From: Caecitellus pseudoparvulus
Taxonomy: Eukaryota; Protista; Bigyra: Bicosoecida
Assembly (NCBI GenBank): GCA_965644315.1
Contig: CBFFRQ010000032.1
Location: forward strand, 186,001 to 250,000
DNA length: 64,000 nt
Direction: 5' to 3'
In this document: in pieces, positions 51,859 to 61,000 of the stretch
How positions within the stretch are numbered: position 1 is the first letter of the stretch
Layout of the letters: each line of letters opens with the position of its first letter
The notes under the pieces: model-generated
Database searches by the model: none
Told to the model about the DNA's origin: nothing
The model's input: the letters and a program-made list of their open reading frames with translations, nothing else
Made by a program: the position numbers and the translations under genes

Positions 51859-52999
51859 TCAGCCGACTCGGCGCCTCAGGGTGCTGGCAGCCTCACCCTC
51901 ACTCTCTGCAGCCCCAGTCCCTGGGCTGCCTCCCGCCGCCGCTGCTGTTGCTGCCGCTGCTGCCCTTCGTGCAGTGCCCCGCACATCCCGTGCTGGGTTT
52001 GCGGGCGCTGCGGGGGGGCGCCGGTCGTCTCCAAGCCACGCTGCGAACAAAACAATGCCGGAACAGAACGACATGACAGTCACCAACAACAGCACGAATC
52101 CAGCGATGAGGTCTGGCAAGCCGGTGAGGCGAGCAATGCCCTTGTGCAGAGACTGCGGCAGGGCACAGCGCGTGAAGGGCAGTCAGGGTTGGGCAGATCC
52201 TGCAGCTTGGCCTGCCAAGCGACGTCGCGCACGCACCGCGAATGAGTTCAGCGCCTTCATCGCTTGGCCCCGCATTCGCAGGAAGGGGCTCATGGGAGAA
52301 GTCCAGTAAGGCAGGGGCTGCACCTTCTCCCATCCGCCACGCACGAAGTCCTGCAGAGATGTCTTGGACCACCCTCCCACGTACCGGCGTACCTCGCCAT
52401 TTTGCACGCTGCGAAATGAAGCGACCGGGGTGAGCAAGGTCGGGCATGGCAGCGCACTGTGCCCACCCGTCATAGCACGCACTGGAAGAGGGTAGGGTAC
52501 CCTCGCACGGTAAAGCGCGTTGCAAGGCCCCTGTGCTCAGTGGCATCCACCTTGATGAACTTGGCTTCCTCTGCAGGCAAGCAGGAGGCCAGGCATGCCA
52601 GCGACCCGAAGGACACACGTGCAAGTTTACAGGGGCGCCCTACCTTTCATTGCCCTGGCTGCCTGTTCGAATTGGGGCGCAAATTTCTTGCAGTGACCAC
52701 ACCTGCACACATGGAGATGAAAAAGGGTGGCGCTGGTTGCGTTGCCGTTTCACCTGAAACGCTGATGCTCACCAAGGTGCGTGGAAAAAGACAACAGCAG
52801 GGCCGCTTCCAACATCATCGTCAAAGGAGTCTGTAGATGATACTACTGTGTGCCTGTGTAAGTGGGCGATGGTGAAGGAGACTGGGCGAGGATGGAGCAC
52901 GGGGACGCGGCAGTCCACACACTTGGCTTTGCGTGCGTCAACCACGCTGGCGGCCAGGCAGGCCAATACTGCACAGCTGAACAGGGCCCTGGAAAGCAT
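51859..52999 (-). CDS. Thioredoxin-related transmembrane protein (TMX-type), multi-exon
   Basis: Signal peptide MLSRALFSCAVLACLAASVVDA; spliced FHAPW|CGHCKKFAP active site; KVDATEHRGLATRFTVRGYPTL; C-terminal TM helix LIAGFVLLLVTVMSFCSGIVLFAAWL. Confidence 0.85.
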
Positions 53000-53193
53000 G
53001 GCTCTGAATAGAACGCGAGGTGTGGGTGCATTCATTGACTGCCAATTCACTGCGCAGTTGGCCGAGGTCTACAACTTTTTGGCCTCGTGCTCGCAATGAG
53101 ACCTGGCATACGCGACGCTTGCCCGACAGGTCTCCGGGGCCTGGAAGTCACCCACTCTGTGCAGAGACTGCTGACACCACTTTAACCACTCAT

Positions 53194-54388
53194 TCACACC
53201 TTCCATAACTTGGCCACCGTCATGCCAGCCGGAAGCTGCTCCATGGCCAGGCCGAGGCCCTCATCGAACACCAGCGGCCGGTCGGGCTCCGCTGAAGCTG
53301 CGGCCAGGTATGCCGCAAAGGAATCCGTCGTCTCCTCGCCTTCAATGATTTCAACATCTTCGGTCACCCGGCTCACTGTTCGGGCTGCCAAGGGTGCAGG
53401 CTGGTTCTCGATCGTGTACTTGACACCAAACACAGGCCGAGCGGCAAACGTCGTGTGCATGGCTTGCACCGCTCGAAACACTTCAGTCAACTTCTCCTCG
53501 GGCTCAACCTTGAAGCCCAGCGTGTAGTTCCCGCTGCGAGGTGTGGTGGTCAGCACCAGCGCCTTGCCGAAACGGCTCTCCCGCAAGCCAATGCCTGTCA
53601 TCTGCAGGTACGGTATGGAGACGTTGAAGTTCTCGGCCAAGTCGGCATGCCACACCATGCGGATGTTGGTGATAAACAGCGTGCCAAGGTTCCCCTGCTC
53701 AGCGGAGAGGTTCATCACGCCCCCCTGCTGCAGGTACACCTCCTCGTCGGGCAGGTGAATGAGGGCGCCGTCCTTGATGATAGCACCACGAAGGCGCAGG
53801 TCGCGGAACAGCTTGGACGTCTCGTACGCCCGGAAGACTGCCTGCACGGTCGTGAACATGCGCGGCGACGCCTTGACCAGGGAGGTGAAGATGAACTCGT
53901 ACCGCTTCTTGCCCATGCGGGTCATGAGGAAGAGTGCCTGTGTGCGGCCACCCCGCAGGCGGCTGTCTGTTGTGCGAATGGTGATGGTCTGAATCGTGCT
54001 GTATCCAATGCCTGTGTGGACGAGGGAGGCATCGTGCTCAGTAGCGTCGCAAGACACGCCAGGCCAGCATGCAGACTGTGCGCCAGACCCACTCAGATTC
54101 ACACGGTCACTCCGATGCGACGTCCACATGATGCGCAGGTTGGTCATGCACAAGCTTCCACGCATTCCATTGTTTCCTTTCGTGTCCTCCACGCTGTTAA
54201 TACGGTCAATCACTTCCTCCCCTGGGCGTGGTCGAAGGAACCTGGGCAAAGGGCGTTACAGTGTGAAACGCGCGCCACTCGGCGTTGCCGCGCCCCCACG
54301 CCCCCACGCACTTGGGGTGCACATCAAAACGAAGTTCGAATGGTTGCCACCAGTCGCCCCCCGCGATGCTGCTGCTATCAGCAGCCAT
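53194..54388 (-). CDS. BBS5: Bardet-Biedl syndrome 5 protein (BBSome subunit); first intron 54242-54311, plus a second in-frame intron after VNLS
   Basis: ELRFD|...RPGEEVIDRINSVEDTKGNNG, YEFIFT, RAYETSKLFRDLRLRGAII, NLSAEQGNLGTLFITNIR, NFNVSIPYLQM, SRFGKALV, LGLAMEQLP. Confidence 0.96.
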
Positions 54389-54692
54389 TAGATTCGATCG
54401 TCAGCCGTGCAAACGTCAACGAGTGCGCTCTCCCTGACTGGAATCCGCCTGCCCGGATGCTCCTCCTCCTAAGTGCCCACAGCGTCGGATCGACTTCCCT
54501 GAACGTTACACGCACGCTCATAGCCTGCTTTGTGTCATCCATTTGGAGTGTAAATTGGCAGCGAGGATCTCAGGGGTGTCCGGATCTGCCCCCCTCGGGT
54601 GTCCGGGAACTGGCCCTGGGACACTCCTTGCACCCCCTTTCAGGGCCTCAATAAATGACACCCTCTGGTCCATGCTAGCGCTTCGTAGGTAA

Positions 54693-55253
54693 AACATATC
54701 ATTTTTTTCATTCTCAGAGGGTCAGGGAAGTTCGGGAGGATTCCCTGCTCGTGGGTGGCGTGGAGGTGGTGGCACGGATGTGGTCCGCACTGTGCAGGCG
54801 GCAGAGCACGCGGCCAGCGACCCCCGCCTGGCCGACGCTCCATCCTGGTCGGAACAAGGCCAGCAGGCAGCCGCTGCAGCGGAGGCAGGCGCCTTGGCAT
54901 CGGAGGTCATGGGGGTGGTGCTGGCTGCCATGGGTGCAGATGTGTTCCTGACGGCGTACAACGGTGAGCGGCGGACCAGGGCGGTAGCGAAAGAGCGGCG
55001 GGCGAAACAGGTGGCGCAGGAGGTGGTGGTGAACCCGGCAGCAGCAGCTGCAGGGTGTCGGATCCGGAAGGCACAGGCGAAGAAGCGCCACGTGGCGAAA
55101 CGCATGGACAAGCTGAAGGTGCTGCGAGGCGGTGGTGGGAAGTGCAGGAAGCGTGCGAGGGAGGAGTCAGAGGAGTTGGTGTGTGCAGGTGTGAGAATGC
55201 AATGCAGGTGTGGGAGCGGGAGATGTGGGGATGGTGGTGAGGTGTGTTGTTGA
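54693..55253 (+). pseudogene. UTP20: 5'-truncated fragment resembling the extreme C-terminus of UTP20 (SSU processome)
   Basis: LASEVMGVVLAAMGADVFLTAYN...KERRAKQVAQEVVVNPAAAA...RIRKAQAKK matches my recollection of the UTP20 tail pattern LxxE+xxxxxxxxGxxxFxxA(Y/F)...RxKxxAxExVxNPxxAA. An in-frame stop at 54690 precedes it and there is no suitable upstream start. Confidence 0.65.
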
Positions 55254-55363
55254 GTTGCGTGTGGTGGATTGAAGTGTGTACTGGCCTAAAGTGGGTGTCA
55301 GGTCTGCCACATGTTGCATTGGACTGTGCGTGAAGCCAGAGATCAACTCAAGTCTGTCAAGCT

Positions 55364-57628
55364 CTAAAACGTGGGAGCTTGCCGCCGCACGTTGTCTGGG
55401 ATCCTTCGGTGTCCAGTGAGGCCCAGCAGCTCACGCACGATGCCTGTGTGGCCTTTCAAGCATGCCCATCGGAAGGCGGCCTCAGGTCCACCCCTATCCA
55501 CCGCATGCACATCCACTTCTCGAGCTCCAGAGAGGCCCAGCAGCTCACTAACGATGTCTATGTGGCCATTGGCGCATGCTTCTCGGAAGGCAGCCTCAGG
55601 TCCAACCTCATCCGCTGCATGCACATCCACTTCCCGCGCCCTAGTCAGGGCGAGAAGCCCACGCACGATGTCTGTGCGGCCATAGCGGCATGCGGTGCGG
55701 AAGGCGGCCTCAGGTCCGTTCCTATCCGCCGCATGCACATCCACTGCCTCATCACCCGTCAATGCAAGCAGCTCACGTACTCGCTCAAGTTTGCCTTCAC
55801 TGCACGCTTCTACAAAAGCAGTCGTATTCTCCTCACTGAACTTTACTTGCCCAGGGGCGTGCCCTGCCTGCACCTGAGCTGCCGCAGCAGCTGCCTGCTC
55901 TCGATCAAGCACACTCCGCACAGCACTCTCCACATCTGACAGGCGCCACACTCCACCCCCGCTTCTTTCACACGCCATCGCGTATGCACCCATGCAGCTA
56001 CCACTCCCTCCCCGCCCCAACACCTCCAATGTGCTCGACAGGGCATGCTCACCACCTTCACCGCTGCCCACGAAAAGTGACCCAACGCCCGATCCGCCAC
56101 CCAAGGCCCCACCTCCCACTCCAAGCACCCCGTGCAGCACACCCAGCACACCATCACCAGCACCGCCGCCACCATCAGCCTGGCGTGTGCCCCACACACG
56201 GCCACATGCACTCAACACCACCTCACACCCACCCCCATCCAGTGCCGCCACCAGATCACCCACACTGCCACTCTCCACACCCACCACCACAAAGCTCCCC
56301 ACACCCACACCATTCAGACTCACTCCACACGCCTCCGCCACAGCACACACACCCAGCACCCTTACAGCCACGCGATGCTTCACATCCAGCCCAACATCGT
56401 CCCACGCTTCATCCTCCAGGAACACCCTCAGCGGCCACCCCGCCTCACACTGCACCTGCACTGTGGCACTGCTCCTCTCACCACTTGGCTCATCAGCTCG
56501 GCCACCAATGACTCCATGTGCGAGTGCTGCCTTGTGTGGAGTCTGCGCCATCCGTGGAAGTCCTTGGGCGATGCGAGTCGCTTCGCCACGCTTCACGGCG
56601 CCAACACTAGTTGCAAGCGCTGTCGCACCCGCATCCACACTCCCTGCCCACTCTTCCACATCCTCAGCTCTATCGATATCTTCATCCACGATCTCACTCC
56701 GTCCACTGTACACACTCACATCCTTGCCGTTCAGGCACTCAAAGCCGCCCGACAAGTCCAAGCCACGCACAGCCTTCACCTTCCGACCACTCATGACCGG
56801 CGCACACCCCAGCAGCCCCCGCAGCTCCTCCACCGCACTCGCTGCACTCTCCAGGTGCTCCGCAGCACTCTCACTCCTCAGATCGCCTGCTGCCTCGCCT
56901 CGCAGCCACTCAGCCTGCTGACGCATGCCGGCTAGAGCCGCCTCCGTCGCTGCTTCGCCACCGGCATCATGTGTGACTGGGCCACCCTCACCAGCCACAC
57001 CTGCCTCCGCCCTCTCGAAGCCCTGCCACCATCGTGTCAGATCAGCCAGCGCACCCTCTACATCCACACCGCTCCGAACACTGCTCCAAGCACCCACGAT
57101 GGCGCCCCACAGTGCGTCACCCTCCGGCACTGCATCAACACTCACGCCAGATACCGCCTGGTGCAGCACATCCACCGCGGCGAAGCACCGGAACGACAGG
57201 TACTGCAGCGCAGCACACACATCACCTCGCTCACGCTGCCCCGCCAACAACGCAGCTTGCTCCAACAGCGCACCCCCCGCGTCACGCAGTGCAGCCTCCA
57301 GCTCCACCAGGCTCATGGCCGATGGGGCGTCATCACCTGCAGCATGCACTTCGCCACGCCCAATGGCTGCCAGTCCTCGCAGTGCAGGGCCGTGTGCCAT
57401 GAAGCTGCCCGGCAAGCACTTCATCTTGCCCAAGCATGCCGCCACCCCCTCAGCCTGTGTGACGTCGATGCCTGCAGTGGGAGCTGCACTGTCGTCCATG
57501 GATTGCCCTGTGGCTGCTGCCTGTGGTGTGGGGGAGGGACAGGGCGTTGTGTGCTGTGTGGTGTGAGCGACACGCTCTGGCGCAAGTGCTTGCGAAAGCG
57601 GAGCGCCGTGTCCACGCCAACGCACCAT
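55364..57628 (-). CDS. Transposon cargo gene: helical N-domain, probable pseudokinase and 4 ankyrin repeats; predicted introns 57521-57625 (right after the ATG) and 57683-57788 (5' UTR)
   Basis: Intact 2.2-kb ORF; ankyrin units EAAFRxACxxGxxxIVxxLLxL; kinase-like spacing PLRVFLE...KHRVAVRVLGVCAVAEACGVSLNGVGVGSFVV and MACER...RLSDVESAVRSVL. Both introns end CACACCACAG. Confidence 0.75.
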   Translation of the reverse strand: MVRWRGHGAPLSQALAPERVAHTTQHTTPCPSPTPQAAATGQSMDDSAAPTAGIDVTQAEGVAACLGKMKCLPGSFMAHGPALRGLAAIGRGEVHAAGDDAPSAMSLVELEAALRDAGGALLEQAALLAGQRERGDVCAALQYLSFRCFAAVDVLHQAVSGVSVDAVPEGDALWGAIVGAWSSVRSGVDVEGALADLTRWWQGFERAEAGVAGEGGPVTHDAGGEAATEAALAGMRQQAEWLRGEAAGDLRSESAAEHLESAASAVEELRGLLGCAPVMSGRKVKAVRGLDLSGGFECLNGKDVSVYSGRSEIVDEDIDRAEDVEEWAGSVDAGATALATSVGAVKRGEATRIAQGLPRMAQTPHKAALAHGVIGGRADEPSGERSSATVQVQCEAGWPLRVFLEDEAWDDVGLDVKHRVAVRVLGVCAVAEACGVSLNGVGVGSFVVVGVESGSVGDLVAALDGGGCEVVLSACGRVWGTRQADGGGGAGDGVLGVLHGVLGVGGGALGGGSGVGSLFVGSGEGGEHALSSTLEVLGRGGSGSCMGAYAMACERSGGGVWRLSDVESAVRSVLDREQAAAAAAQVQAGHAPGQVKFSEENTTAFVEACSEGKLERVRELLALTGDEAVDVHAADRNGPEAAFRTACRYGRTDIVRGLLALTRAREVDVHAADEVGPEAAFREACANGHIDIVSELLGLSGAREVDVHAVDRGGPEAAFRWACLKGHTGIVRELLGLTGHRRIPDNVRRQAPTF
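55400..55830 (-). repeat. 114-bp (38-aa) ankyrin tandem repeat with high internal DNA identity
   Basis: GCATGCACATCCAC recurs at 55503, 55617 and 55731; CGGAAGGC(G/A)GCCTCAGGTCC recurs with the same period. Confidence 0.9.
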
Positions 57629-58046
57629 GGCGATGGGTGACAGGGGGTCTGATCAGGCGTGGCAGTGCTGTGAAACTAGCTCCTGTGGTGTGGGTACAGT
57701 GGGCAAGTGTGCTAGGTGTGGCGGGGAGGCGTTGTCGTAGTTCACGTGCGAGGGTGCAACTTCCGCACTTGCACCAGTACGTCCTCACCTGTGGCGGCCA
57801 GGAGTGCTGAAAAAGCCCCAGGCACACTGGTGGGCGCACATGCAGTGACAGCACAGGTGTGTGTGGGAATACGTTGAGGTGTAAATTGGTGGAAGGCATT
57901 TCAAAGGTGTCCGGCTATGCTCGACCGAGTGTCTGGCATCTCAGCAAAAATGCGGAAAGAGCTTGCAGGACACCCCTGAGATCCCTGATTGGCAGGCACA
58001 GATCTCTGCACAGAGCCAGCTGGCTCAGTTCGAATGCTCAACAGTA

Positions 58047-61000
58047 TCAAAACCACTCCTCAGTGCCATCCAAGTCACCTGACTCCTCAACAGCGCCACT
58101 CTGCGCAGTCAAGCGTCCACCTGCGCTGCTCCCCTTTGACTTCTCCAGCGCTTGGATGCCCCCGCCTCCAGAGCCAACAGACAGGCCAGAAATGGCGCCA
58201 GTCCGTGCGGGCGCTGTCGGCGTCGCCTTCTCCGGTTGGCCAAGCTTGCCTTGTGGGCTCAGTTCACTGGAAGCCTGCTTGATCGCATGCCTGGAAATAA
58301 CGGGCTGGTCGTCTTCGTCGGAGTCACTCCACCCCTCGTCGCCATAGTCGCTGTCCGTGTCACTGCCACCACCCGCCCCCTTGCCCCCTCCAAAGCTAGG
58401 AGCAGAGCCAACAACTGGCGAGAGAGCTGCCTTAGCCTGCGCATCGGCTGCACTGCCTTCCATGGCCCCATGCGACGTTGAGCTCGCCATCCAGCTTGGC
58501 TTGTAGGCGCCTGATTCCTCTGCCGCCGGGCTTCCTGCACCCGGGGCCTCCAAGCTTGCCTCCTGCATCCACGATGGCACATCAGCTGCTGGTGCTGCTG
58601 CTGGTGCTGGTGCTGCTGCTGGTGCTGGTGCTGGCGACGGTGCACTTGCCTCCTGCATCCACAATGGCACATCAGCTGCTGGTGCTGGTGCTGGTGCTGG
58701 TGCTGGTGCTGGTGCTGGTGCTGGCGACGGTGCACTTGCCTCCTGCATCCACAATGGCACATCAGCTGCTGGTGCTGGTGCTGGTGCTGGTGCTGGTGCT
58801 GGTGCTGGTGCTGGCGACGGTGCACTTGCCTCCTGCATCCACAATGGCACATCAGCTGCTGGTGCTGGTGCTGGTGCTGGTGCTGGTGCTGGTGCTGGCG
58901 ACGGTGCACTTGCCTCCTGCATCCACAATGGCACATCAGCTGCTGCTGCTGACGCTGGTGCTGGTGCTGGTGCACTTGCCTCCTGCATCCACGATGGCAC
59001 ATCAGCTGCTGCTGCTGGTGCTGGTGCTGGTGCTGGTGCTGGTGCTGGTGCTGGCGACGGTGCACTTGCCTCCTGCATCCACAATGGCACATCAGCTGCT
59101 GGTGCTGGTGCTGGTGCTGGCGCTGGTGCTGGTGCTGGCGACGGTGCACTTGCCTCCTGCATCCACAATGGCACATCAGCTGCTGGTGCTGGTGCTGGCG
59201 CTGGCGACGGTGCTGGTGCTGGCGCTGGCGACGGTGCTGGTGCTGGCGCTGGCGACGGTGCACTTGCCTCTTGCATCCACGATGGCACATCAGCTGCTGG
59301 TGCTGGTGCTGGTGCTGGTGCTGGCGCTGGCGACGGTGCACTTGCCTCCTGCATCCACAATGGCACATCAGCTGCTGGTGCTGGTGCTGGTGCTGGCGAC
59401 GGTGCACTTGCCTCCTGCATCCACGATGGCACATCAGCTGCTGGTGCTGGTGCTGGTGCTGGCGACGGTGCACTTGCCTCCTGCATCCACGATGGCACAT
59501 CAGCTGCTGGTGCTGGAGCTGGAGCTGGTGCTGGTGCTGGTGCTGGCAACGGTGTAGAAGCCACCTGGCTGTCAGAACCAGAGGCTTGAGCACTGTCTTC
59601 GAAGTCGCTGTCTGCATATTCGTCGAAGCCATCATCCGAGTACCCTGCATCTGTGTCGGGTGATGGTGCACGCTGCGGCTTGGCAATGTGTTGGGTGGGT
59701 GCAGGAGAAGGCGAGGGCGCAGGTGATGCGCTTGCTACACTGGGCACTTTAACGTGGCTTTCTGGTCCAGTGCTTGTATCAACATGAACAGGGTCCGGCT
59801 CAGGCGAGAGGGCTTGCTGTGGGCGGGTGGCGGATTGGGTCGCAGAGGACGCTTGGAAGCCAGAGGTGCTGCGTGCATGCTTGCTGCTCGAAGATTGGCG
59901 CATAGTGTGTGCAGGGGCTGCTTGCTGGGCTGCGCTGCGACCTCCGCCCGCCTTGCGTGGCTGTGCGAAGCCGGGAGACGCGAAGGGTGCTCCAGCCCCG
60001 CCGCCTGCGACCTTGGCGCCAGCCCGTGCGATGCTCGAGGCGGAGCGGTGGTGGGATGCGCGACTCTGAATCGTGTCTTTCTGTCGCTGAGGTGGCTGTC
60101 GCTTTGGTGACGGGGACTCGCGCGCGGGTGCGGGGGATGGCGATGGCACAGCACTGGGCAGCGGTGGGTGTGTCCGTTGGTACGTGCCGCTCTCCTTGGC
60201 GCGTGTGAGGTACGCAGGAAGGGGGGACGCCTTGAAAGGTTTTGAGGACTGCTGTGTTGGGCGAGTGCGGCACCTGGAGCTAGCCCTGCCCTTGGACCTC
60301 CCGCGGCGTCCGCTAGCCTGGCGATCCTGCACTGCCAAATCAGCCTCGTGCTTCATCGCCAGGTGGGCCCGCTGCCGCAGCGACCGTGCGCGGTCCCTGG
60401 CCCTGGGCCTGGACATGGCTTCAACTGTGCTGCGCTGGCGGGCGGCCCGGGCTGCGGCCTGGGCGCGGGCTACTTCATCTGCCGGCCCAGACTTGCGGCT
60501 GGCAGTGGTTCGCACACCGCCCCAGAGCGCGCCATACGTGCCCTTGACGCTCGCCTTGAGAGAGCGGCCGCCTAGGTTCGCCTTGGCTCGCTTGCGCTGG
60601 GCTGGGGAGAGGTCTGCCGTGTAGATCCCAGCTGTGCGGCGGGTGGCAGTGCGGCCCGCCCTGGCTCGCAGTGGCGACATGGCGTCTCCGCCAGCGCCAG
60701 CGGGGTCGACGACCGGGTCCCCCCTGCCCTCTCCTCGGCCAGATCCTGAGCCAGAGTCGCCTGGCTGGGGCAGGCCAACCGCTTCCGCCACCTGTGCGAT
60801 GAAGTCCTTGTTGGTGACGTACCCGTCATGGCCGCGCGGAGGGGGGCTGCGACCTGCACCCCCCCCCTCGCCTGCACGTAGGTGGGCTGGGCGCCTGCTG
60901 CGCCTGTTGGAGTGCTTGGCTCCTGCTGTGGATGCCATGGAACGAAGAACGCCTCGTGCTCCGCGCTGCCTTGTCGCCAGCACGTCGGCCACGCTAGGAC

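Larger units (their letters stand above)
54562..57987. mobile_element. Non-autonomous hAT-like DNA transposon carrying host-type cargo (Pack-hAT), 3,426 bp
   Basis: TIRs CGAGGATCTCAGGGGTGTCC (54562-54581) and GGACACCCCTGAGATCCCTG (57968-57987) match at 18/20, with the inner 17 perfect. Exact 8-bp TSD ATTGGCAG at 54554-54561 and 57988-57995. Subterminal GGTGTCCGG/GACAC motifs at both ends. No transposase ORF. Confidence 0.88.

Noticed and set aside
54562-57987. Transposase or Helitron/retroelement coding capacity in the element
   Set aside because: No DDE, BED, RT or Rep/helicase motifs in the ORFs examined; TIRs with an 8-bp TSD do not fit a Helitron or LTR element.
58553-59550. CRISPR-like repeat/spacer appearance
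   Set aside because: The spacers are (GGTGCT)n microsatellite rather than unique sequence, the array is in frame in a eukaryotic CDS, and there are no cas genes.
58259-59686. HQ-rich, LV-rich and CW-rich ORFs over the array
   Set aside because: These are alternative-frame shadows of a stop-free hexamer repeat.
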